The notes under the pieces: generated by a model
What the model was told of the DNA's origin: nothing
Database searches by the model: none
Seen by the model: the letters and a program-made list of their open reading frames with translations, nothing else
Source of the DNA: Lachnospiraceae bacterium
Lineage (GTDB): Bacteria > Bacillota > Clostridia > Lachnospirales > Lachnospiraceae
Assembly: GCA_024403435.1 (NCBI GenBank)
Contig: JAKSRV010000001.1
Location: 3,856 to 67,855, forward strand
DNA: 64,000 nt
Direction of reading: 5' to 3'
Shown here: positions 22,921 through 31,885 of the stretch, piece by piece
Layout: the number at the start of each line of letters is the position of its first letter
How positions within the stretch are numbered: the first letter of the stretch is position 1
Position numbers and translations under genes: made by a program

Positions 22921-23091
22921 TATAGGCATGCCTATACGGATACAATTCTACCATAAATACCATACATTTTCCATTTTTGCTTTCTTAAGGTTTCTTAAGT
23001 GTTTATCATCTCCCACCCCTTCAAATGTCGCTATTCCTTAACAACACTTAAGAAACATAATCTGTAAATACTATGTAAATCATGCTATAAT
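22921..23091. promoter_or_regulatory. Divergent promoter region with two extended -10 boxes and TTAA(G/C) direct repeats
   Basis: Minus strand TGG-TAGAAT (22945-22953); plus strand TGC-TATAAT (23083-23091). TTAAG-N5-TTAAG at ~22984-22998 (minus) and TTAAC-N5-TTAAG at 23038-23052 (plus). 16-bp palindrome TATAGGCATGCCTATA at 22921-22936. Confidence 0.6.
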
Positions 23092-23133
23092 CAGATATCG
23101 CTCCATACATATTAATTGCGGGAATATTTTCTG

Positions 23134-24192
23134 ATGAACATAATTGTTTTGGCATTTGCGCTTGCAGTCATCCCTACAGTGATCGGCTGCGGTGCCACTA
23201 AGCTTTATCTGGGCATAAAAGATAAAATATTAAAAGCAGACTCTCCGCGCAGAGAGTCTGCTTTTTGTCGCTTCGCCGTATATTTTTCATCAGGCTCTGT
23301 TATTATCCTGGCCTTGTCCGGATTTATAAATGCCCTTGCGGTTTTGACCCATATGACTGTCTCAAAAGGCGGTAAGCTGTTCTGCATTTCTTCCGGCATT
23401 TTTTTCACTATTTCAGCATTAATCATTTTGATCAGCTGCATAAAAGCATCCAAATCAAAGAAAAAGCCGGTCCGCAATTCAAATGCTACAAGCCTTGATA
23501 AAAAAACTGTTTGTCTCGCAATTATCGCCGTTATAGTTTCACTTGTTCAATTAATCTCTGTAGCGCAGGGACACCGCATATCTTATTCCGGCAACCAAAC
23601 AGTAGAAACAGTTGTTTCATTCATAAGTACAGACAATATTTATTCTGTCGATCCGCTCACCGGTTTACCGTATTTAAACGGTTACCCTTTCAGACTGTCT
23701 CTTCAATGTCTGCCCTTCCTGTATTCGGTTCTCTGCAATACATTTTCAATTGCCCCCACCGTAATGGTATGGCAAATCATGCCTACATTTTGGCTTGTAT
23801 GCGGTTATTGCACCATTATCCGTCTGACAGATTCTCTTTTCAAAAAGAATCATTACAAACTCATTATGTTTCTCAGTTTCGAGTTTATACTGTATTGTAC
23901 CGATGCAGCTGCCGGTGCCACAGGATTTGAAATATTCCACAGAGGCTACAGCTCCGTTATGGTTTTGGAACTTCTGCTGATATATTGGACCATCGGTTCC
24001 GTTTTATCACGCAATTCATTAACAGTACTGCTTACCATAGCAATTGAACCGTTGGTGGCCTCAACAAGATTCGGTGTGGGTGCCTGCTTTTTCATTGCCG
24101 CGATATGCATAATATTGTCTCGTATTCCTCTCGTTAGGCGAATCAATGCTGCCCTTGAGGAAAGAACAGGAGGTAGCAATGGAGAAGCTTGA
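23134..24192 (+). CDS. DUF6077-like polytopic membrane protein
   Basis: Many TMs; pattern T..IY..DP.TG......R..L..LP..Y resembles DUF6077 proteins of Lachnospiraceae glycan loci. Start could also be TTG 23116. Confidence 0.55.
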   Translation: MNIIVLAFALAVIPTVIGCGATKLYLGIKDKILKADSPRRESAFCRFAVYFSSGSVIILALSGFINALAVLTHMTVSKGGKLFCISSGIFFTISALIILISCIKASKSKKKPVRNSNATSLDKKTVCLAIIAVIVSLVQLISVAQGHRISYSGNQTVETVVSFISTDNIYSVDPLTGLPYLNGYPFRLSLQCLPFLYSVLCNTFSIAPTVMVWQIMPTFWLVCGYCTIIRLTDSLFKKNHYKLIMFLSFEFILYCTDAAAGATGFEIFHRGYSSVMVLELLLIYWTIGSVLSRNSLTVLLTIAIEPLVASTRFGVGACFFIAAICIILSRIPLVRRINAALEERTGGSNGEA

Positions 24193-25192
24193 GTACATCC
24201 TTTATTGCTGGTCTGAATACATACGCGCCAACAGAATCGTCGGAGTTTATCTGTTGATATTGGCAGCCTCAATTGTCCTTATGTCTATCGTCATGGGTAA
24301 GCATAAGTCCCAACTGTCCGACACTTTTTTAACCGGTGTCACTTCATCAACACATAGTAAAAACTGTGTCCTGCTGATACTGTACGCTACCATTGCCACC
24401 TTAGTACTGATTATTCCTTTTTCGGCCCTGCTTCTTATGCAGTTCCAGACCGTATTCTATTCATACAGTACTCTGTGGCTTATGGCTGCCATTTTACCTG
24501 TAACAGCTTTTGCAATCACACTTATAATATTATCGTTTGCTAAAAAGCTTCGTAAATCCACAGCTGTTATCGCCACTCTTCTGATAGGAATAGTATTGTT
24601 TTTATGCGGTAACATGGGCAAATCTACAGAAAATGTTAATTCCATACCGGTAATCAGACATCCTGTTTCCTACGAACAGAGCCTGCCGCTTTTGAAAAAA
24701 CTTGATGAATATGCTGCAACACCTGAATACAACGGAAACATCACAATATTAGCTCCGGCAAATATTACTGCGTACTCTCACATGTACAGCGGACATATTC
24801 ATACTCTCTACGGTAAGGATATGTGGGATAACAGCATGAAGCCGCTGACCTACAACGAGTATCCCGAGGATTATCAAAAGCTATATACCTGGATTGGTTG
24901 TATTGAGGTATACGGTTCGATATACAGCCGTGATGCTCAGAATCCTATGTTTTACTATGACGTTGAATTTGAGGAATATGAGAAAAAAATAGAAAACGGT
25001 CAGGCTGTCGGTGGTGCAACATATACCAAACTGGCAGCTGAATGCGGAGTAGATGTCATTGTAATGTATAACGACGGTGACAAATTTGATACCGTCACGT
25101 TAGACTACATTGCAGAGACGTTGAAAATCAATTATGAATACTTTCCTCTCAACGATGTTGAAGGATATTATCTGGTATTTTTAGCCAAGTGA
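24179..25192 (+). CDS. Membrane protein with C-terminal extracytoplasmic domain
   Basis: 4 TMs followed by a soluble region. ATG 24179 follows AGGAGG and overlaps the upstream stop. Confidence 0.6.
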   Translation: MEKLEYILYCWSEYIRANRIVGVYLLILAASIVLMSIVMGKHKSQLSDTFLTGVTSSTHSKNCVLLILYATIATLVLIIPFSALLLMQFQTVFYSYSTLWLMAAILPVTAFAITLIILSFAKKLRKSTAVIATLLIGIVLFLCGNMGKSTENVNSIPVIRHPVSYEQSLPLLKKLDEYAATPEYNGNITILAPANITAYSHMYSGHIHTLYGKDMWDNSMKPLTYNEYPEDYQKLYTWIGCIEVYGSIYSRDAQNPMFYYDVEFEEYEKKIENGQAVGGATYTKLAAECGVDVIVMYNDGDKFDTVTLDYIAETLKINYEYFPLNDVEGYYLVFLAK

Positions 25193-25231
25193 AATTTTGC
25201 ACGCACATGCAATTCACTTGGCTCTTTTTTT
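25184..25231 (+). terminator. Intrinsic terminator
   Basis: GCCAAGTGAA / TTCACTTGGC stem followed by TCTTTTTTT. Confidence 0.7.
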
Positions 25232-25240
25232 ACTAACATA

Positions 25241-26032
25241 CTATATGCGTCTAAGCACAGCTCTGAATGCCCAGAAACAGAAATAATATGCACTGACAAA
25301 TATATTGAGTCTTTCCGCTTTTCTGTACAAGGCCCAGATTCTCTTAATTGCTTCAAATTTATTAGAGGACAATGACTGTCCGTTTTTACCCGGACGTCGA
25401 TACAATACCATATTCTCATCAAGACCGTACGCGATATTGCCTTCACGCAACACTCTCCACCAAAGAGCGGTGTCCTCACTCTTGATTAATGGCATCATAA
25501 GCTTTTCACGAGGTATTTTTTCGGTATCAAACATAACGGTACTGGTAAATATAGTTGTGTTTTTTAATGCCTGACGATAGTTTAGTGTCGGCGGCACATG
25601 CACTATTTTTCCCATTCCGACTGCATTCGCATCCGCAAATTCATATCCGGTAAACACAAAAGCAGCATCCTTGTCTTTTATAAATGCCAACTCTTTTTCA
25701 AGTTTATCTGCTCTCCATACATCATCACCATCGAGGTAAGCCACATACCTTCCGTGTGACTCTCTCATGCCACGGTTTCTGGCCGAAGCAGCTCCCTTTT
25801 CATCTGTCTGATGGTAGATAAAAGCCTTATCCTGCAACTCATTATCAGCGATATATTTCTCCGCCAATGATGCAGATGAATCATCACTGTGATCGTCAAC
25901 CAGAATCAGCTCCCAATCCTTATATGTCTGAGCAACAATACAATCCAAAGTCTCAATTATATATTTTTCCAATCTGTATACCGGGATGATAACACTCACG
26001 GTATTACTGTAATCTCTATCCATTTCTGTCAT
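25241..26032 (-). CDS. GT2 glycosyltransferase (TuaG-like)
   Basis: VSVIIPVY, VDD.S.D, GAA.ARN, LDGDD.W..DKLE, ED..LW and LSSNK motifs. Confidence 0.88.
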   Translation of the reverse strand: MTEMDRDYSNTVSVIIPVYRLEKYIIETLDCIVAQTYKDWELILVDDHSDDSSASLAEKYIADNELQDKAFIYHQTDEKGAASARNRGMRESHGRYVAYLDGDDVWRADKLEKELAFIKDKDAAFVFTGYEFADANAVGMGKIVHVPPTLNYRQALKNTTIFTSTVMFDTEKIPREKLMMPLIKSEDTALWWRVLREGNIAYGLDENMVLYRRPGKNGQSLSSNKFEAIKRIWALYRKAERLNIFVSAYYFCFWAFRAVLRRI

Positions 26033-26051
26033 AGCACCATTATATCCGGTT

Positions 26052-26078
26052 AAAAAATGGCGCCTAAAATCGGCGCCA
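26052..26078 (-). terminator. Terminator after ptsH
   Basis: TGGCGCC / GGCGCCA stem followed by a T run on the minus strand. Confidence 0.7.
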
Positions 26079-26109
26079 CTTTCGATTAACATATTTAACT
26101 GTTCTCAAC

Positions 26110-26373
26110 CTACTCGCCTAAGCCTGACTCGATTGCTTTTACAAGATCTGCAAGAGCGGCTTCTTCATCCTCACCCTCGCATATAAGTTCAATCTCATCA
26201 CCACTCTTAACACATGCTCCAAGTACGCTGAGCACGCTCTTTGCATTAGCCACACTGTCCTTAACCTTAAAAGTAATCAGTGACTTGAACTGCATCGCTT
26301 CCTTGCACAAAAGCCCCGCAGGACTTAAATGAAGGCCGGTAGGATTCTTAATTACTACCTTCTGACTAACCAT
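26110..26373 (-). CDS. ptsH: HPr phosphocarrier protein
   Basis: 87 aa; GLH.xPA with His15, NAKS with Ser46, G.DE..A. SD GGAGG. Confidence 0.9.
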   Translation of the reverse strand: MVSQKVVIKNPTGLHLSPAGLLCKEAMQFKSLITFKVKDSVANAKSVLSVLGACVKSGDEIELICEGEDEEAALADLVKAIESGLGE

Positions 26374-26484
26374 GCTGTACCTCCAATATTCCCCGAGCAT
26401 TCCCCAATCTGCTCCGTAAAAACTAATTGATGAATAACAATGTCATCACATATATAATATCATATTTTAGCGAAAAAGTCACAA

Positions 26485-27834
26485 CTAAAACATTATATCC
26501 TGAATCAGAGCCGCAAGTTTCTCAGCTTCACCCTGAATCTGCTCCTGATCTTTGCCTTCGATCATAACACGTACCAAAGGCTCTGTTCCCGAAGGACGAA
26601 TCAATACTCTTCCCTCGCCCGCAAACTTACTCTCAAGCGCCTCGATTGCCTCCTTGATTTCAGGGAACTCCATATATCTGTCTTTCTTGTGATTAGCTAC
26701 CTTGGCATTGACAAGAGCCTGAGGGAGCACATCCATAACCTTAGCAAGTTCAGAGAGAGGCTTACCTGACTCTACCATTACCTGAAGAAGATGAAGAGCA
26801 CTAAGCAGTCCGTCTCCCGTAGTATTCTCATCAAGGAAAATTATGTGACCACTCTGCTCACCGCCGAGAGAGCCTCCGATTTCCTTCATTCTCTCAAGAA
26901 CATATCTGTCTCCGACTGCAGTTCTCTCGAGATTAATTCCGTTCTTTTGACACATAAGGCTGAAGCCGAGGTTACTCATTACGGTAGCAACAATAGTATC
27001 ACCGTTGAGCTTGCCCTGCTCCTTCATGTAATTTCCGATGATGGCCATAATCTGGTCACCGTCAACCATTTTACCATTTTCATCTACAGCAAGAAGACGA
27101 TCTGCGTCTCCGTCAAAAGCCAAACCAACCGCAGCATTCTCAGCCACAACTCTTGCCTGAAGCTCTTCCATATGAGTAGAACCGCAGTTTGCATTGATAT
27201 TGGTTCCGTCCGGATGATTGTGAATAGCCACGATTTCAGCTCCCGACTTGGTAAGAGCTTCGATAGAGGTGTAATATGACGCACCTTCAGCGCAATCCAC
27301 TACAATCTTCATACCTGCAAGATTTACATTAACCGCTCTTACAGAATGGTTGATATACTCCTCACGTGCTTCGGTTCTTGTCTTAATTCTTCCGACACCG
27401 GGACCGATAGGGAATTTGATATCCTTCATATTGCTCTTAATCTGAGCTTCAATCTCATCCTCAAGAGCATCGGGAAGCTTAAAACCGTCTCCGTCAAAAA
27501 ACTTAATTCCGTTGAACTCTACAGGATTGTGTGATGCCGAAATAACAACGCCCGCATCAACCATATACTTCTTTGTAAGATATGCTACTGCAGGTGTAGG
27601 AACCACGCCAACATATACACAGTTGGCACCAACACTGCATGCACCTGCCATCAATGCATTGGCAAGCATATCTCCCGATATTCTTGTATCGCAACCTACC
27701 ATAATAGTAGGCTTGTGGTTCTTCTGACGAGTAAGCACATATGCGCCTGCCTGACCCAGCTGCATAGCAAGCTGAGGTGTCAATTCCTCATTAGCTACAC
27801 CACGTACTCCGTCAGTTCCAAACATTCTTCCCAT
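26485..27834 (-). CDS. glmM: Phosphoglucosamine mutase
   Basis: FGTDGVRG, ISASHNP, DGDADR, GGEQSGH and RPSGTEP motifs; lies after cdaA-cdaR. Confidence 0.97.
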   Translation of the reverse strand: MGRMFGTDGVRGVANEELTPQLAMQLGQAGAYVLTRQKNHKPTIMVGCDTRISGDMLANALMAGACSVGANCVYVGVVPTPAVAYLTKKYMVDAGVVISASHNPVEFNGIKFFDGDGFKLPDALEDEIEAQIKSNMKDIKFPIGPGVGRIKTRTEAREEYINHSVRAVNVNLAGMKIVVDCAEGASYYTSIEALTKSGAEIVAIHNHPDGTNINANCGSTHMEELQARVVAENAAVGLAFDGDADRLLAVDENGKMVDGDQIMAIIGNYMKEQGKLNGDTIVATVMSNLGFSLMCQKNGINLERTAVGDRYVLERMKEIGGSLGGEQSGHIIFLDENTTGDGLLSALHLLQVMVESGKPLSELAKVMDVLPQALVNAKVANHKKDRYMEFPEIKEAIEALESKFAGEGRVLIRPSGTEPLVRVMIEGKDQEQIQGEAEKLAALIQDIMF

Positions 27835-27897
27835 AATAAACCTCGTATAAACAGCCTGTTTATATTAGTGCCCAATAAATTTGCGCACTACAAACTG

Positions 27898-29172
27898 CTA
27901 TTCTTCGTAGACGACCTTAACCTCCAAAACAACCTCCATAGGACATGAAATATTGCCTGTCACATATATATCCGCAGGAATACGATAGGTATCAGCCTTC
28001 AATATTGACATATTATTTTCTGTCATCCAAGCCGCAAAATCGATTGCAACAACAATTGACTCGGAAGTCATAACATCAAGCTCACTCTTTAATCCGGCAA
28101 GCGTGATTGTAAATTTACCGGTAGGAGAAATAACCTCTGCAGCCGCACCGGAAGGTACATTGTTAAATACCACCGCTGATGCATTTATATCGTAATTTTT
28201 ATATTCTTTCTCCTCAATAAATACCGTAATGGTTGCTTCTCCGTCGAATTCCGAATCAGCAAATCTCAGATTTCCCGGCAGATACTTATTCAAATCCACA
28301 GTGCTTACCACATCCTCTGTCGCACCCGTTATATCAACAGAATCGGTAATAACAAGTCTGTTGACCCCGACAAGATCCGAAGGATTACCGGCTACCTGAA
28401 TTGTAGCGGGACTGATCTGCAGGCTTCCAGTGTAGATATATCCGTCTGCAGGAGTACCAATCTTAGATCCGTAAATAGTAACTGTCTTGATTTCCAAAAT
28501 TTCCAGGTCAACGTGAACATAATCTACCTGCTTGGCGATACTGTTCTCATTGATAACCTTGCCGTCTCTGTCATAGAGCTTAATCTCGACATTCGCCGAC
28601 AATGAATTCTTGGCATCGGTTACGTCGATTGTAACTGCAGCTGAAACAACCTTATCTACCGCCGACTTTGGTCCTGAAATCTCGATCATGTTCTGATCGG
28701 CCTTCATGCCTCCGACCATATATCCGTCAGCCACCTGTCCGACATACTCGGTTCCCAGCTGAATATACTTTCTCTTTTTATCTTCAAGCTCAACCTTAAT
28801 GGTATTTCTGTCACCCTTAACCGATTCTACAGAATAGTTGCCGTACACCGAATAATTGATTTTAATTTCACCGTCAACCATATCGTTTACATCGGCCTCA
28901 GCCAAAATATCACTTACCTTGAGTGAGCTGAGCACACTCTTGGGAGCTCTTACCGTGACATTGACCGTATCTGTCGTACCTACGATGTTATATACCTGAT
29001 TGTTCTCATCAAAAACCTCAGTATTGACCAGCGTAACCTTAACGTTGGTAAACAACTGAGTATCTGTAGGATTGTTGGCCTGAACCACAACAAACCAAAT
29101 AAAGAATGCCAAAAACAACGATATAATTTTAAGCCACCAATCGTCAAGGAGCCATGCTTTAAACTTTTTCAT
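27898..29172 (-). CDS. cdaR: CdaA regulatory protein (YbbR domains)
   Basis: N-terminal TM (LKIISL.LA..IW), repeated beta-rich YbbR-like units, position between cdaA and glmM. Confidence 0.85.
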   Translation of the reverse strand: MKKFKAWLLDDWWLKIISLFLAFFIWFVVVQANNPTDTQLFTNVKVTLVNTEVFDENNQVYNIVGTTDTVNVTVRAPKSVLSSLKVSDILAEADVNDMVDGEIKINYSVYGNYSVESVKGDRNTIKVELEDKKRKYIQLGTEYVGQVADGYMVGGMKADQNMIEISGPKSAVDKVVSAAVTIDVTDAKNSLSANVEIKLYDRDGKVINENSIAKQVDYVHVDLEILEIKTVTIYGSKIGTPADGYIYTGSLQISPATIQVAGNPSDLVGVNRLVITDSVDITGATEDVVSTVDLNKYLPGNLRFADSEFDGEATITVFIEEKEYKNYDINASAVVFNNVPSGAAAEVISPTGKFTITLAGLKSELDVMTSESIVVAIDFAAWMTENNMSILKADTYRIPADIYVTGNISCPMEVVLEVKVVYEE

Positions 29173-30271
29173 CGTTTGCTCCTTCCTCGTCAGAAACCAC
29201 TTCCTCTGATTTCAGCTCATTCTGCTTTTTAGGGCTGTCCTGCTTACTGCTATCATCCTTTTTGGTATCGTGTTTCTGATTGTCCTGCTTTTGATTATCC
29301 TGTTTCTGATTGTCCTGCTTTTGATTGTCCTGTTTCTGACTGTTCTGCTTCTGATTACTTTGTGCAGCAGACTTATTAGTTTGAACGTTATCACGCTTTT
29401 CTTTCTTTTTTCTCTTTCTGGTTCTCTTGCTCTTACCGCTATCCTCATCAGATGTTCCGAGCATATAGGCGGAAAGTCTGGTACGAAGGCTCTCACCGTC
29501 AGGAATATTTTCAAGTTCTCCGTCCACGGCCAAAGAAATTCTTCCGGTCTCTTCCGATACAACGATTGTAACGGAATCAGTATTCTCAGAGGCACCGATA
29601 GCTGCTCTGTGTCTTGTTCCGAGTGCCTTGCTAACCTTCAAACTCTCGGTACGAGGCAAGTAACAGGTTGCAGATGTTACCCTGTTGCCGACAATAATAA
29701 CTGCTCCGTCATGAAGAGGTGTATTTTTTTCAAAAATATTGATAAGCAATGCGCCCGATACCTTAGCATCAATTGCAATGCCGGTAGTTTCATAATCCGT
29801 CAAAGACTCATTTCTCTGCAACACAATAAGTGCTCCTGTCTTAGCCTTACCCATTGTAGTGCAGGCTTTAACAAGTTCACTGATAGTATCTGCGGTAATA
29901 TTTTCACTCTCTCCGTGATGAACACCGGATGTGATAATGCTTGCAAGCATATTCTTTCTTCCGAGATTTTCAAGGCCCTTGCGCAGCTCGGGCTGAAGCA
30001 CAATCAGAAGTGCAAACACCGCGTAGTTAATAATCTTTTGTGCAATCCAAAGGATAGTATCCATGTTTGCCAGAAAGGCAACAAGAAGGAATAATACGAT
30101 AACGATAATTCCCTTGAGAAGTGACCAGGCTCTGGTAGTCTTGGTCCATTTTAAAAGATAATACAACAAAAAGGCGATGATTAAAATCTCAATCACATCG
30201 CCTATATTAATGGTAGTACTGTATATGCCTAGGTTTTTTAAATAATCAACAACCTTGCCCCACCATGCCAT
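29159..30271 (-). CDS. cdaA: Diadenylate cyclase CdaA with long C-terminal tail
   Basis: 3 TMs; QPELR, TPLHDGA, GTRHRAA and VSEETG motifs. Confidence 0.95.
   Translation of the reverse strand: MAWWGKVVDYLKNLGIYSTTINIGDVIEILIIAFLLYYLLKWTKTTRAWSLLKGIIVIVLFLLVAFLANMDTILWIAQKIINYAVFALLIVLQPELRKGLENLGRKNMLASIITSGVHHGESENITADTISELVKACTTMGKAKTGALIVLQRNESLTDYETTGIAIDAKVSGALLINIFEKNTPLHDGAVIIVGNRVTSATCYLPRTESLKVSKALGTRHRAAIGASENTDSVTIVVSEETGRISLAVDGELENIPDGESLRTRLSAYMLGTSDEDSGKSKRTRKRKKKEKRDNVQTNKSAAQSNQKQNSQKQDNQKQDNQKQDNQKQDNQKHDTKKDDSSKQDSPKKQNELKSEEVVSDEEGANDEKV
29271..29356. repeat. 15-bp coding tandem repeat (about 5.7 copies) encoding QKQDN
   Basis: Units TGTTTCTGATTGTCC and TGCTTTTGATT(A/G)TCC alternate. 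Confidence 0.9.
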
Positions 30272-30276
30272 TTACG

Positions 30277-31467
30277 TTAAAACAACTCCTCTAATTCATC
30301 AGGTAAGCTGTCTTCATCAGCGACTTCAGCTTCACCTTCATAATATTCATCAGACTCGTAGAATTCACCATCTTCGGCATACTCGCCACCTTCTGCATAC
30401 TCACCTTCTGCAGCACCGTCCTCGACGAATTCTTCTTCGTAATACTCTTCTTCATAGCCATCGACATCGATACCGTCATCATAGACGCCTTCATTGTACG
30501 AATCATCGGTATTACCGGTAACAAAACGTCCGCGGCCAAACTTCTGTCTGTTGATGTTCTTAGTCTTGGGAGTGGCAATTCCGAGATTAATCTTAGGAAC
30601 AGCTTTTACATAATAGTAATAGTCATCATCCTCAAACTGAACTCTCTCTGTTCTTCCGAAATCAACGCAGAATTTGAAGAACTTAATTCCAAAAGCAATA
30701 GCTACCGACAAAACGGTAGTCAAAATGATCGATACAAATGAAAGACCGGTATCGATGATAATATCACCGACAATAAGAACCACTATTTCGATAATAGCAC
30801 CTGCACCGATAGCAATTTCCCAATTTCTCTTAACAGGAAGTCTGCGCAGGAAATATACCGCAATAATAGTAACCGCAAATGCAACTATCAAAACAATCAT
30901 TCCCTTATTAGCCAGGAACGAATCCACAATAAGCTTAAGCTGCTCGGCCGCATCACCAAGCTCCATTGTTCCGATTGCCACAGCATTTGAAGTAATAACC
31001 TTGAGGAAGCAGTATGCTATTACCCCGACTGCAGCTGCCACAGCGGCGCCGGGATTACTTACCACACCAAGTACTATCGGAAGAACACAGGGCATCTTCC
31101 AGAACAAAAGTACAGGAACAAGTACTGCAACAATAGACTCTTTGGGTGAAAATCTAAGCAGCAGCAAATATAAAACAAGGAAAAGCATCAGGCACAAAAC
31201 AGCAGCAATCAAACTCAAACTGTATGTGTGGAGCAGAATAAATGCTGCGGCCAAAATAACCATAACGCCTGTGGGAAGGAATGAACAAAGCAACGCAGCT
31301 ATAAGTTCTATAGCCACACTGTCAATCTTTGCAAAATATCCCAGCCTTGAATTGATGGTGTTAAATACAATGAATGCAACGAAAAGCTTGAGTACCGGAA
31401 TTACAAAGGCATCAATCTTGTTGTAAACCTGTATTATTTTTTCTCTAATTTCAAATATAATCTTCAT
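30277..31467 (-). CDS. Hypothetical membrane protein with acidic C-terminal tail
   Basis: About 9 TMs, motif E.VQFEDDDYYYYVKAVPK, then an E/D/Y/G-rich tail. Confidence 0.8.
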   Translation of the reverse strand: MKIIFEIREKIIQVYNKIDAFVIPVLKLFVAFIVFNTINSRLGYFAKIDSVAIELIAALLCSFLPTGVMVILAAAFILLHTYSLSLIAAVLCLMLFLVLYLLLLRFSPKESIVAVLVPVLLFWKMPCVLPIVLGVVSNPGAAVAAAVGVIAYCFLKVITSNAVAIGTMELGDAAEQLKLIVDSFLANKGMIVLIVAFAVTIIAVYFLRRLPVKRNWEIAIGAGAIIEIVVLIVGDIIIDTGLSFVSIILTTVLSVAIAFGIKFFKFCVDFGRTERVQFEDDDYYYYVKAVPKINLGIATPKTKNINRQKFGRGRFVTGNTDDSYNEGVYDDGIDVDGYEEEYYEEEFVEDGAAEGEYAEGGEYAEDGEFYESDEYYEGEAEVADEDSLPDELEELF

Positions 31468-31865
31468 CAGTCTTCTTTTTGAGCTTTATTAATCTTCCTG
31501 AGTTTTTTCAGGCTGCTCTTATACCTTCCAATGTTTACCCTGGCGTTAATATACTGCGCCATGCATACAATATAAGAAATTGCCACATATATAACGAGCA
31601 AAATCAAATAATATTTACCGAACTGCTTTCCCAATTCAAGGAAATCAAGTTCATAAATATCTGCCATATATTCTTCAAAATGATAGTAAACATAAATGGC
31701 TACACCGAAAATGAAAGAAATCGTGATGCTGAATATCGCTTTAATAATCGATAATGCAGCAAAATCCGAACGAAAATATCTGCCGATTCGCAGATGGTCC
31801 TTTCCCTTTCCACTTTCATAGGATGCCATTCTGGTCATCAAAATGACCTTGTCCTGATTAAGCAT
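31467..31865 (-). CDS. Hypothetical 2-TM membrane protein
   Basis: ORF with SD, stop/start overlap with the downstream gene, 2 TMs. Confidence 0.75.
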   Translation of the reverse strand: MLNQDKVILMTRMASYESGKGKDHLRIGRYFRSDFAALSIIKAIFSITISFIFGVAIYVYYHFEEYMADIYELDFLELGKQFGKYYLILLVIYVAISYIVCMAQYINARVNIGRYKSSLKKLRKINKAQKED

Positions 31866-31885
31866 ACCAATCCTCGTGTTACAAA

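Noticed and set aside
22990-23056. Invertible phase-variable promoter
   Set aside because: Only 39 bp lie between the inverted repeats, both -10 boxes are outside them, and no recombinase is nearby. Regulator sites fit better, though a read check is still worthwhile.
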